DNA from: Bradyrhizobiaceae bacterium
GTDB taxonomy: Bacteria; Pseudomonadota; Alphaproteobacteria; Rhizobiales; Xanthobacteraceae
Direction: 5' to 3'
Length of the DNA: 44,667 nucleotides
NCBI GenBank assembly: GCA_016793685.1
Contig: JAEULX010000146.1
Span: forward strand, 1 to 44,667
Notes under the pieces: generated by a model
What the model was told of the DNA's origin: nothing
The model's input: only the letters and a program-made list of their open reading frames with translations
Database searches by the model: none
Translations under genes and position numbers: made by a program
Shown: piece after piece, positions 8,383-17,476 of the stretch
Layout: the number at the start of each line of letters is the position of its first letter
Numbering within the stretch: the first letter of the stretch is position 1

Positions 8383-8937
8383 CTAGCGTGTCTGGTGAGT
8401 CGAGCTCAGCGGATGAGGCGGCTCCGGGGGCCTATCCACAAGAAGGACCGAGAGCACGAGCACCGCGAACGTGAAGAGGGCCATGGCAGCGAGGATCATC
8501 CTGGTCCGCCGGCTGGCGTTTCTGATGCAGAGAAGCGCGAGGGTCGGCAGTGGGAGGGCGAGAGCAGCGGCCGTCCACGCCAGCCTGGTAAAAAATCCCG
8601 GATCGGCTTCGGTGCCGTAAGCGCAGGCTTTTCCCTGTTCGGGCTCGCCGGTGTCCGGCGCCCTCGGGACGAACGGGTTCGGACCGAACAGCCGAGCGAT
8701 CCAGACCGAAAGCCCAATCCACATCGCAACGTTGAAGCCAAGATTGACGGCGCTCAGCGCCGACCATGGCCCGTGCAACGACTGCACCAAGCCGTAGGCC
8801 GTAAGGCCCACATAGCCAAGGCCGCATACTGTCGTCGCGATGATGACGGCTCCCCACACAAAGGTAGGGAGCTGGTCGCGAGCGGCCGCGAGGTCTTTTG
8901 CGCGGCTTGCGTCATGGACCAGTCTGAGATGGCTCAT
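8383..8937 (-). CDS. Hypothetical multi-pass membrane protein, last gene of the virB2-3-4-5-6 operon
   Basis: 184 aa with about four hydrophobic segments; ATGA-coupled to the TrbL-like gene. Confidence 0.65.
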   Translation of the reverse strand: MSHLRLVHDASRAKDLAAARDQLPTFVWGAVIIATTVCGLGYVGLTAYGLVQSLHGPWSALSAVNLGFNVAMWIGLSVWIARLFGPNPFVPRAPDTGEPEQGKACAYGTEADPGFFTRLAWTAAALALPLPTLALLCIRNASRRTRMILAAMALFTFAVLVLSVLLVDRPPEPPHPLSSTHQTR

Positions 8938-9944
8938 GGCGAGGATTTCCTCCCGACCCGTCCCGAACCACGGCTCGATCCGCCGCTGCCGCCGGCGGCG
9001 CTCGCCGCGCGGGTTGCGCCGCCGCCCGAACCTCCACCGGCGCCAAAACCACCCGCTCGGCCGCCTCCGGCGCCGACGCCGGCCGCTCCGCCGGAGACCA
9101 TGGCCGCGCCGCCACGGCCGGCGCCCAGAACGGCGGCGCTGACGAGTGCGGTCACGCCCGTTCCGCCGGGCGAGGCGCGGGCAATCTGCGAGGCCCAGGA
9201 GGACGCCTTCCAGGCGAGAAAGGCGACAAGCCCGACGGTGAGGTCGGCGGCAGCAATCTCAAGCAGCGTCAGAGCTTCGTCCTCACCGGGAACCATGACG
9301 CTTGTCGCCAGCTCGTCGCCGAAGGCCATGATCGCGGAGATGGCGATCAGGCGAACCACGCAAGAGACGATGAACGCCATCGCCTGGTAGCCGATGGAAC
9401 CGAGCCCGGAACGGACAAGCGCGAAGGGGACGACAATGCCGACCGCAGCCGCGCCGATCCAAAACTGAAGGACGGCGGCGGCAACGATGAAGCTTAGCAG
9501 GATGTGAACGACAAAAAGGACCAAGGCCAGAACGACCATGATGAGGTACGGCGCCCAGTTCAGTGGGTTCCATACCGCTCCGCTTACGCCGTGCTCTGCA
9601 ACCCGGATGAACAGATCGTAGCCGCGATGAACGATATCGAGGCCGCTGATGCCGTGGCCCGAGATCAACACGCTGACCTCTTGCGCGGTGTTGTAGGACT
9701 CCTCGACGACCAGGGGCCAGAAGGTGACGGCGCCAACGATAAGGCCGGTCTGCACGATCCATTCGATCACGCCGCCGCTAACGCCTTCGGCGCCCTGTGC
9801 AAGACGGATGCCGAGGGAGAAGAGAAACACGGCGAAGGCGATCGTCAGCGCGAACGGAACCGCCGCCGTCGAGACGACCGTCATTGCCGCTTTGGCCTGG
9901 TTCACCAGCTCAGCGACGATGTTGAGAACGTCCAGTCCTTCCAT
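8934..9944 (-). CDS. trbL: TrbL/VirB6-like inner-membrane T4SS protein
   Basis: 336 aa, polytopic hydrophobic core and Gly/Ala-rich C-terminal tail typical of TrbL; follows a TrbJ-like gene. Confidence 0.8.
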   Translation of the reverse strand: MEGLDVLNIVAELVNQAKAAMTVVSTAAVPFALTIAFAVFLFSLGIRLAQGAEGVSGGVIEWIVQTGLIVGAVTFWPLVVEESYNTAQEVSVLISGHGISGLDIVHRGYDLFIRVAEHGVSGAVWNPLNWAPYLIMVVLALVLFVVHILLSFIVAAAVLQFWIGAAAVGIVVPFALVRSGLGSIGYQAMAFIVSCVVRLIAISAIMAFGDELATSVMVPGEDEALTLLEIAAADLTVGLVAFLAWKASSWASQIARASPGGTGVTALVSAAVLGAGRGGAAMVSGGAAGVGAGGGRAGGFGAGGGSGGGATRAASAAGGSGGSSRGSGRVGRKSSP

Positions 9945-9955
9945 CGGCCTGGCCT

Positions 9956-10723
9956 CTACTGTATCCGTTCCACGGCTTCGGCGACGGCGCCGGTGTCGCC
10001 GATCACGTCCTTCTCGATAAGCGACGATTGATGCTTTTCGTTGGCGTGCAGCAGGTGCATGTCGGCCAGCGTCTGGTTCAGGGCGGTCATCTGCATCGAC
10101 AGCATCCCGAGCCGCGCGTTCGTCGAACCCTGCATCGCCAGCATCGACTGCAACAGCAGGGTTAGGCCTTCGGCGCCGCTGGCGGAGGCCGCTTGCGCCT
10201 TGGCGACAAGCAGGCTCTCGTCGGTCAGCATGTCCGCCTGGGCTTCGGCGACGGTCGCGTTGATGTTCAGCGACTCGTCGGCGCGGGCGCGGATGGCTTC
10301 CGCCTGATAACGCGTCGCCTCGCGCTGATCGATGGGCGTGGCGACGGCCTCGGTCGGATAGCTGGCCTCCATGGCCGGGCCGATCGTTGCCACACGGGTC
10401 ATGGTATCGCCGCCGGCCTTGCCGAGATATTCTAACAGGACGTTGATCATCCCCCAGACCGCCGGCGGGATGGGCACGGGGGCGGCGAGGGTGAAGGCGC
10501 GGATCAAGAGCTTGATCAGGCCCTTGACGTCGCCCTTGTCGAGGTCATCGAACAGATCCTTGAACGGGGCGGCCTCGGCGGCGCCGGCGCCGGCCAGGAC
10601 GCTCCCGCCGGCCACGGCGGCCAGCAGGCCGGCCAATAGCTCGCGCCGGCCGGTCGCGGTGTCCTCGCCGCCGTCTTCGCCGGGCGGGCGCCGTTCTTCG
10701 TCCCCGGCGGTGCCGCCGCTCAC
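9956..10723 (-). CDS. Divergent TrbJ/VirB5-like protein with twin-arginine-like signal
   Basis: TGRRELLAGLLAAVAGGSVLAGAGAAEA signal; C-terminal helical AQAASASGAEGLTLLLQSMLAMQ resembles the TrbJ tail; directly upstream of trbL. Confidence 0.6.
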   Translation of the reverse strand: MSGGTAGDEERRPPGEDGGEDTATGRRELLAGLLAAVAGGSVLAGAGAAEAAPFKDLFDDLDKGDVKGLIKLLIRAFTLAAPVPIPPAVWGMINVLLEYLGKAGGDTMTRVATIGPAMEASYPTEAVATPIDQREATRYQAEAIRARADESLNINATVAEAQADMLTDESLLVAKAQAASASGAEGLTLLLQSMLAMQGSTNARLGMLSMQMTALNQTLADMHLLHANEKHQSSLIEKDVIGDTGAVAEAVERIQ

Positions 10724-11010
10724 GGCGTCGCGCCGAGGATGGTGCCGGGAGCCGCCGCGCCGAGCGCGAGCACCGCGCCGGCGGCGAGGAGCTTGAACGG
10801 AAAGCTGTGGTAGCCGAAGCCGGGGATCAGGTTCGCGCCGGCGAGGGCAATCCCGATGGCGAGCACGGCAGTGCCCAGGGCTTCGGCGGACTCAAGCGGC
10901 TGCTCCGCCAATCGCGTCCAGCCGATCGTCTCGCCACCCGTGGTCATCGCCATCGCCGGCGATGACAGAAGGCTCAGGCTCAGCGCTCCCATCATGGACG
11001 GAAGTTTCAT
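10720..11010 (-). CDS. Second TrbC/VirB2 pilin-like protein
   Basis: 96 aa; signal peptide ending PAMA plus two hydrophobic helices; GAGGAG SD upstream; GTGA-coupled to the next gene. Confidence 0.6.
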   Translation of the reverse strand: MKLPSMMGALSLSLLSSPAMAMTTGGETIGWTRLAEQPLESAEALGTAVLAIGIALAGANLIPGFGYHSFPFKLLAAGAVLALGAAAPGTILGATP

Positions 11011-13378
11011 CGCGGTTCTCCTCGGGCTTCAGCCAGCGCTCGCAGAACGGGCGGCCGGGCCGGATGCCGGCCGCCAGGATCGCCTCGGCGCGGGCCAAGT
11101 CCTCGGGCGAGGACGACGCACAAATGGCTTTCGCCTCGCCCGAGAGCTCGATGTTGGCGATCCGGGTGTAGGCGGGGGTGACGATCAGGTACTCCGCCTT
11201 GGCGCGGAGATTGGCCACGGTGTCGATCTGCGCTTCGCTCAGGCCGACGTTGCGAAACAGAGGCCGGTTCAGCGCCCGGCGGGCCTCGGGATGGGCGGTA
11301 AAGATCTTGTTCTTGAGCTGTTCGAGGATCACCGCCGTCTCGTCGGAGACCAGCTCGCGCAGGCTTTGCGTCGCAAGACAGAGCTGCACCTTGCGCGCCC
11401 GGCCGGTGCGGATCAGCTCCAGGACCTGCGCGCGGAACAGGGGGTGCGACAGAGGCTCCCAGGCCTCCTCGATGCAGACCAGCTTGGGGTGTGTGCCGCG
11501 AATGCGTTCGGTGGACACCTGGCGAAAGCAGGCCGCCAGGATCAGCGGCGATTCCGCCATGCCCATGATCTTGCTGTAGTCGATGCACAGCAGCCGCGCC
11601 GAGCCGTAGCCGGCGACCACGCCGTCAAGCAGGAGGCCGAAGGGGCCGCCGACGGTGTAGTGGGCGAGGGCGTCGCGGGCGGCCCGGTGGGCGCCGAGAT
11701 GGGCGCAGGCGGCGCTCAGGGTCCGTTGCGCCTTGTCGAGGTTGCGAAGCGCGCTCAGCGCCTCGACGAGGGCATGATCCAGCTGGGCATCGATGCCGAC
11801 GTTGCGCAAGGCGAGGGCGCCGCAAAGCCAGTCGATGGCCCAGGCAAAGCCTTCGGGGGTGTCGAGGTCGCGAAGAGGCTGGACCCCGATCCCGCCGGAG
11901 CCGAGTTCGAGCCATTGGCTGTCGTCGGAGGCGAGCGTCGCGATCATCGCGGTGCGGCGATGATCGAACAGGGTCTGGGTCGAGCCCGGATAGCGCTGAT
12001 GCTGAAGGACCATCAGCTTCATTGCCGCCGACTTGCCGCCGCCGGTCTGGCCGACAAGCAGCGCGTGGCCGACGTCGTGACCCGGCGAATGCAGCGCGAA
12101 AAACAGCGGGCCCTGGCGGCGCGATTTCGCGACCAGCAAAGCAGGGCCGTCGAGGCGGGCGTCCTCGCGCGTGCCGTCCGTCAGTCCGGTGACGGGCGAG
12201 GCGCGGCCGATCCGTTCGAGCTGCACGAGCGGCCGGCGGGCATTGAGACGTTCGCGGGCGGCATTGCCGGGGATATCGGCAATGGCGCCCGGCGTCTCGT
12301 TGACGGTGGCGACCCGCGAGCGCCAGCCGCGCGCGTTCAGGTGTCCCTGGACGATGCGGGCCTTGTCGTCGGCGAGGGCAGGGTCGGGGTCCCAGACGCG
12401 CAGGGTGACGGTGGCGATGACGAGGCCGTCGCGGGTGTCGGCGATGGATTCTTCGAGCAGGCTGAGGTTGCGCTGGATCGCGGCGATCTCCTTGCGCTCG
12501 GTTTCCTCGACCCGCTTCCAGCCCGTCGCCTCGAACAGGTGGCCGAGCATGCCGTAGCGTTTCGGCGCCCATTCGCTTTTCAGCCGGGCGAGGGACTTGC
12601 GCTGGTCTTCCCGGTCGAGAAAGTGGATGGTCGTGGTCCAGCGGCACTCGAACGGCAGCTCGTGGAAGACCTGGAAGGTCAGCGGAGTGGCCCGGCCGAA
12701 GGTGTGGACCTCGACCGCGCGCACGTGAAGGCCGTCGATGACGAGCGACGGCACCGCCGTCCAGTCGGCTACGGCGAGGTGCTGGGCGAGGAAGGCTTCG
12801 GGGAGATGCGTCGGCACCCGCCGGTAGGTGACGGTTTCGGCCAGATAGGTCGCCAATGCATCGCCTTCGAGGATCGCGACGTTCGGCGATTGATGGGCGA
12901 GTTCCAGAAAAAGCTGGTCGGAGCCGTCGCGAAAGGTCTCCAGGATGACCTGCCTGTCGCGGGGCGACTTGTCCTGGAGGTAGGCGAGGGTGGCGTCGCG
13001 CCCTTGCGGAACCCAATGCGCGGCAACAGTCAGGCGATTGGAGTAGACCGCCCGGCCGTCCTGGAATTCGCTTCGGCGCGAGCGGTCCGTCAAAAGGGCG
13101 GCGTGGTTTCCGCCGAAGTCCGACGGCGGCAGGTAGCCGCGATCCTGCCGCCGCCACTGATCGATCCAGACGCTCCAGCCGTTGCCGAGCTGGCTCAGCG
13201 CGGCGGTCACCGCCGCGTGGTGCGACACCGACTCTTCCGCCGAGGCCGTTTCGAGATCGGGCGGCACGACCTCGACCACTGCCATCAGCCCGCCGGTGGC
13301 AGTGAAGACGATGGACCGGTCGCGGGTCCAGAGCCAGTCGAGGCAGTCGGAGATGTGCTTCGGCCTGTTGAAGATCAT
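10892..13378 (-). CDS. trbE: VirB4/TrbE T4SS ATPase
   Basis: 828 aa; Walker A GQTGGGKS, Walker B CIEEAW, LATQSL; ATG at 13378 overlaps the virB3 stop. Confidence 0.92.
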   Translation of the reverse strand: MIFNRPKHISDCLDWLWTRDRSIVFTATGGLMAVVEVVPPDLETASAEESVSHHAAVTAALSQLGNGWSVWIDQWRRQDRGYLPPSDFGGNHAALLTDRSRRSEFQDGRAVYSNRLTVAAHWVPQGRDATLAYLQDKSPRDRQVILETFRDGSDQLFLELAHQSPNVAILEGDALATYLAETVTYRRVPTHLPEAFLAQHLAVADWTAVPSLVIDGLHVRAVEVHTFGRATPLTFQVFHELPFECRWTTTIHFLDREDQRKSLARLKSEWAPKRYGMLGHLFEATGWKRVEETERKEIAAIQRNLSLLEESIADTRDGLVIATVTLRVWDPDPALADDKARIVQGHLNARGWRSRVATVNETPGAIADIPGNAARERLNARRPLVQLERIGRASPVTGLTDGTREDARLDGPALLVAKSRRQGPLFFALHSPGHDVGHALLVGQTGGGKSAAMKLMVLQHQRYPGSTQTLFDHRRTAMIATLASDDSQWLELGSGGIGVQPLRDLDTPEGFAWAIDWLCGALALRNVGIDAQLDHALVEALSALRNLDKAQRTLSAACAHLGAHRAARDALAHYTVGGPFGLLLDGVVAGYGSARLLCIDYSKIMGMAESPLILAACFRQVSTERIRGTHPKLVCIEEAWEPLSHPLFRAQVLELIRTGRARKVQLCLATQSLRELVSDETAVILEQLKNKIFTAHPEARRALNRPLFRNVGLSEAQIDTVANLRAKAEYLIVTPAYTRIANIELSGEAKAICASSSPEDLARAEAILAAGIRPGRPFCERWLKPEENRDETSVHDGSAEPEPSVIAGDGDDHGWRDDRLDAIGGAAA

Positions 13379-13650
13379 CCGGCGTCCAATCGTCCGGGAT
13401 AACGGGCAGCAACCATCATCACCTCCCACAGCCAGGGATCATGACGGGTCAGGGCCGCGCCCAGGGCCCAGAACGACGTCACGGTGACGATGGCGGCGGC
13501 CCACCAGTTGGCGAGGAGCGACATCGACATGGCGGCCAGGATCAGGCCGCCGGCGGCGGGGTAGGGGAGGCCGAGGATGAGCGGCCGTTGGCCGAGCCCC
13601 GGCGTCTCCGGGAGCGTCCATCCCTGAACGTCCTCGACAGGTTCGCTCAT
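13375..13650 (-). CDS. trbD: VirB3/TrbD
   Basis: 91 aa; RPLILGLP, two TM segments, HDPW motif; lies between the pilin gene and virB4. Confidence 0.85.
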   Translation of the reverse strand: MSEPVEDVQGWTLPETPGLGQRPLILGLPYPAAGGLILAAMSMSLLANWWAAAIVTVTSFWALGAALTRHDPWLWEVMMVAARYPGRLDAG

Positions 13651-14024
13651 CCCAAGAGTCCGTGCAGGAGGTGGACGATGCCGCTGGCCGCGACGTCCGG
13701 CACATAGCCCGAGAGATCGCCGCCGCCGGCTCCGCCGCCGAACAACGCCGGGGCGCCGTCGTAGGCGTTGGTGATCACCGCGCCGCCGACGGCGGTCGCG
13801 ACGCCGGTCCCGACCGCCATCGACCAGCTGTGGGTGATGATTCCGGCGCCGGCCACGGCGATGCCGCAGACGGCGGCGGGAACGCCGACGCTGGTCAGCG
13901 ACGCGGCCCAGTTGTCGCTGGCGTCATAGATGCCGAGCATGTCGCCGGCGTGGGCCAGCGTCGTGGCGAGCAAGGTGAGCACGATCGCAAGAAAGCAGCG
14001 ATTGACTATTATTTCACTGGTCAT
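13647..14024 (-). CDS. trbC: TrbC/VirB2 major pilin precursor
   Basis: Signal peptide ending LAHA, two hydrophobic helices, FGGGA motif and C-terminal extension; canonical position upstream of virB3-virB4. Confidence 0.72.
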   Translation of the reverse strand: MTSEIIVNRCFLAIVLTLLATTLAHAGDMLGIYDASDNWAASLTSVGVPAAVCGIAVAGAGIITHSWSMAVGTGVATAVGGAVITNAYDGAPALFGGGAGGGDLSGYVPDVAASGIVHLLHGLLG

Positions 14025-14242
14025 CGGGGTCGTCCCTTTTTGACAGATCAATGGCAAGATTCGAAGGTTAAAATCAGTTCTAGCGGAGTGCAACACAGTT
14101 GTGGCAGCATCACCGCCGAAAAATCTCTCCTCCGCACGCGGCGAAAACCGACCGGGCCGGCCGGGGCGAGAATCCAAGACGTTTGCCTGGAGGGCGACCC
14201 TGACAACGCTCCGGCCCTTCAGGCGGGAAGGGATGGCGAACA

Positions 14243-14923
14243 ATGAGGAAGGACGAGCAGAAGACCCTGATGGCCTCGCGCGAGGCGTTGTGGCGGGCGA
14301 TCGGGGTGAGTCGACGGATCATCTGGACGACGCACTTCGCCTGCGCGGCGCTGGCTGTCGGGATCATCGCCCAAGGCGTCGAGCGGTGGTCGAATGCGCG
14401 GGCGTGCGAGAACAAGGTCTCGGTGATCGAAATCCCGGAATCCGGGCTGCCGAGCCACGTTCTGACCCGCTACGAAGAGTGGGTCCCGTCTGACGGGGTG
14501 TGGATCGCGGCGGCGCGCGAGTGGGTCTGGCTGGTGCGGTCACGCTCCAGCGATGTCGGCACCGAGCGCTACCAGGTCCGCCAGCTGGCGGCGACGACCG
14601 CGCAGGACCTGTGGCTGTCTGTCGATGCCTGGCGCAAGGAACAGGCCGGGGCCCTGAGCAAATCGAGCGCCGAGGTGGAGATCGTCGAGGCGACGATCGT
14701 CGATCGGGCGAGGCCCGATCGCGCGACCGCGCACGTGACCTGGCGTGAGCGGATCTTGGGCGAAAACGGTCCCGGCCCCTGGACCAGCCAGGGCGGGACG
14801 ATCACGCTGGCCAAGTCGAAGCCGCAGACCGTCGAGGAAGTAGAGAAGAGTCCAACCGGCCTGTTGACTGTTGCATTTTCGCACACGGCTTTGCCGGCCG
14901 ACTCCGAAGTGAGCCGGCGATGA
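14243..14923 (+). CDS. trbF: TrbF/VirB8-like
   Basis: 226 aa; one N-terminal TM segment, WVWLVRSRSSD, VTWRE and SPTGLLTVAFS (equivalent to NPLGxYV). Confidence 0.8.
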   Translation: MRKDEQKTLMASREALWRAIGVSRRIIWTTHFACAALAVGIIAQGVERWSNARACENKVSVIEIPESGLPSHVLTRYEEWVPSDGVWIAAAREWVWLVRSRSSDVGTERYQVRQLAATTAQDLWLSVDAWRKEQAGALSKSSAEVEIVEATIVDRARPDRATAHVTWRERILGENGPGPWTSQGGTITLAKSKPQTVEEVEKSPTGLLTVAFSHTALPADSEVSRR

Positions 14924-15831
14924 CGGCGGCCTGGAAACGCACGCTCGCCCTGTTGGCGCTGGGCGCCGCCGGGTGCGGCACGAACTCGGGGCTCGAAACG
15001 ACGCCGACCTACACGCCGTTGGTGCCGGCGCAGCGCACGCCGGCACCAACGGCCGGCTCTCCCCTTGCACTGAAGCCCGAACCCATCCAGACGCCGCGGC
15101 CGTTCAGGCGCGAGGAGATCCAGGGCAATACCTGGGTTATCGCCGACTGGAACCCGCGCAGCGTCTACCAGATCCCGGTGGCGCCCCTGGAGCCGACGAT
15201 TCTCCTCCTGCCGGCCGGCGAGAGCCTGACATCGGGCATTGTTGGCTCGTCCGACGACCTCAGCGTCCACGCCGGCGCAACGGGGCAGCGGGCGACCGTA
15301 GCGCTCATGCCGAACTGCGCGCCGCCCGGCTCGAAACGATTCGGAGCGGATGCCGCGAAGCCGCTCGTTCCGTGCATGAGCCGCAACCTCCAGGCCGCAG
15401 TAATCACCGATGGCGGCGTCTACACCCTCCAGCTTCAGGTCCACGATTGGCGCGGGATGCCCGTCGTCGAGATCAACCACGCGCCCCCGGCGCGCACCGA
15501 ACAGCGCGCGGCTCAGGCTCCGGCTGCCGTCGGCGAGCGCGAACCGCTGAGCGTCAAGACCAAGTCGGAGCCGCCGGCGCCGTGGATGCCCACGGACGTC
15601 TGGGCGGACGCGGAGAAGATGGTGGTCGCGTTCGCCGCGCCGCCGCCGACGCTGCCCGAGGTGTTCGCCGGCAAGAAGGGCGAGCAGACGGTCTCCTACC
15701 AGGTCCTCGAAACCGATAACGGGCTCTACCTCGTGACGAATCGCCGCGTCACCGAAGCCGAGCTGCGGCTTGGCGAAGAGGTCGTTCGCATCGGCGGCAA
15801 CGACAGGAGCAAGGCCAGGGACAAGGATTAA
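14920..15831 (+). CDS. trbG: TrbG/VirB9-like outer-membrane core protein with lipobox
   Basis: LALGAAGC lipobox; PTILLLPAGE, ITDGGVYTL, PWMPTDVWADAEK, AELRLG motifs. Confidence 0.82.
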   Translation: MTAAWKRTLALLALGAAGCGTNSGLETTPTYTPLVPAQRTPAPTAGSPLALKPEPIQTPRPFRREEIQGNTWVIADWNPRSVYQIPVAPLEPTILLLPAGESLTSGIVGSSDDLSVHAGATGQRATVALMPNCAPPGSKRFGADAAKPLVPCMSRNLQAAVITDGGVYTLQLQVHDWRGMPVVEINHAPPARTEQRAAQAPAAVGEREPLSVKTKSEPPAPWMPTDVWADAEKMVVAFAAPPPTLPEVFAGKKGEQTVSYQVLETDNGLYLVTNRRVTEAELRLGEEVVRIGGNDRSKARDKD

Positions 15832-15835
15832 CGCC

Positions 15836-16792
15836 ATGGCGATCAGTGCGATCCCTCTTCCGGCCGCGCGCGGCCATCGCCTGCGTCTCGTGCTCGCCGC
15901 GATCATCATCGCCATCCTGATGACGATCATCGGCGCGCAGGCGATGTGGCGCGTGATTGTTCCCAGAGAGGCCAAGGAGCCACCGGAGATCAAGCCCTAC
16001 CATGGTCCGGTGATCCTTCCGCAGCCGGGCGTTCCGGCCGCCGCCGCGGCGCCCCAGGCGGCGCCGGAGCCCAAGACCTCGCCACCGCCCCCGCCGCCGG
16101 TCAAGAAAGCGACCTTGCCCAGGGAACGCCTCGGCGACGTGGCCTTGCGAATGGAGCCGGTCGAGGTTCGCCCGCCCGAGTACCGCGACGGCCGGCGGGT
16201 CAAGCTCGGCGAGGGCTGCGCCCTGCGGCCCGGATCGTCCATGGAGATCGCGCTCGAAACCAGGGTCAACACCGAGCAGGGCGGACCGGTCGTCGCCCGT
16301 GTGGTCTCTCCCGTCCTCTCGCCGGACCCCGGCTATCGCAACAAGGTGCTGGTTCCCGCCGGCGCCCAGCTCACCGGCGAGGTCAGGAAGGACGGCTCGC
16401 TGACCCTGCAGGACCGCCGGGCGCCGATCGTCTGGACCCAGTTGACGAGCCCTGTCGGCTTCGGGGGCGATTCGTCGGTCAATACCGTCGATCTTGGCCA
16501 CGCCCTCGGATCGGATGCAAGCGGCCAGGCCGGCATGGGCGGCGATGTCGAAATGCGCTGGGGCAACGCGATCATGGCAGGCGTCTTGACGACCGTCTTC
16601 AACGTCGGCCAGCGGGGCGCGCTTCCGAACTCCAACGCCCAGATCGACGCCTACCAGCGCGAAGTGAGCGGCACCCTTGGGCAGTTCGGCAACCAGGTCC
16701 TTGAGAAGACCCTGCCGTGGGAGCCCGTGATCACCATCGAAGCCGGCACCCTGGGCCGTCTCTATATCAACGAGACGCTGCGCCTGTGCTGA
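15836..16792 (+). CDS. trbI: TrbI/VirB10
   Basis: TM segment, Pro-rich linker, LETRVNTEQGGPVVARV, VLVPAGAQLTG, DASGQAGMGG, PVITIEAGT. Confidence 0.9.
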   Translation: MAISAIPLPAARGHRLRLVLAAIIIAILMTIIGAQAMWRVIVPREAKEPPEIKPYHGPVILPQPGVPAAAAAPQAAPEPKTSPPPPPPVKKATLPRERLGDVALRMEPVEVRPPEYRDGRRVKLGEGCALRPGSSMEIALETRVNTEQGGPVVARVVSPVLSPDPGYRNKVLVPAGAQLTGEVRKDGSLTLQDRRAPIVWTQLTSPVGFGGDSSVNTVDLGHALGSDASGQAGMGGDVEMRWGNAIMAGVLTTVFNVGQRGALPNSNAQIDAYQREVSGTLGQFGNQVLEKTLPWEPVITIEAGTLGRLYINETLRLC

Positions 16793-16993
16793 ACGCGCCG
16801 ACGTTGCAGACGCTTTCGCCGGACGAATGCAGGCCGTAAAGGCCATGGCGATTGCGGTTGATCGTCCCCCCGCTTTGATTGTGTCCTTCCGATGGTATGA
16901 TTTGAAGTGCCAACGTGCAAATGTCGCGGAACGCGATCCCAGACGCTCGTTATTCGCTTCTTATGAAGCATACCCGGCCGCTCAAGTGGGGTC

Positions 16994-17455
16994 ATGAGCC
17001 GAACAAGAATTGGCACTGAGGTGAGGGATTCATGCGCCAGCGGCGGGGAAATCATCTTGCGGTCTCAAAAGAAGAGTCTGGAGTCTCTCTTCGTCCGCCT
17101 GTCCGACGAGGAAATCGCCTGGATCGACACCGTGGTGGACATGTCCGGCCTCACCGGGTCGGAGATCATTGAAACGGCGATCGACGCCTATTTGCTGATT
17201 ATCGTTGCCCGCCAGACGCTTTCCATCCCGGCCTTGCCGGACCTGGCCGCAAAGCCGGGCCGTCATTACCTTGTTTCGGAACGCTCGCGCCGTCTTCTCA
17301 GATCGGTCTCCGAGCAGGGGGGGTGGTCGCAAAACACCATCGTCCGCCTCGCGTTGATGTGGCTCAAGGCCCAGCTCGGGCCGTCCGCCGACGGCGGCGC
17401 CTGGGCCGTGGGAACCCCGGGCATCCGGCTCGACAAGGACGATTCGCCTCAGTGA
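16994..17455 (+). CDS. Hypothetical protein with two RHH-like repeats (putative regulator); start uncertain
   Basis: LFVRLSDEEIAWIDTVVDMSGLTGSEIIETAIDAYL and HYLVSERSRRLLRSVSEQGGWSQNTIVRLALMWL each fit a strand-helix-helix pattern. Confidence 0.55.
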   Translation: MSRTRIGTEVRDSCASGGEIILRSQKKSLESLFVRLSDEEIAWIDTVVDMSGLTGSEIIETAIDAYLLIIVARQTLSIPALPDLAAKPGRHYLVSERSRRLLRSVSEQGGWSQNTIVRLALMWLKAQLGPSADGGAWAVGTPGIRLDKDDSPQ

Positions 17456-17476
17456 GGGGAGGCCGTCCGCGCCGGA

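Noticed and set aside
8934-9140. Gly/Ala-rich low-complexity repeats
   Set aside because: Normal C-terminal tail of TrbL proteins.
10856-13402. 848-aa plus-strand ORF
   Set aside because: Antisense shadow of virB4, typical of high-GC codon bias; no motifs.
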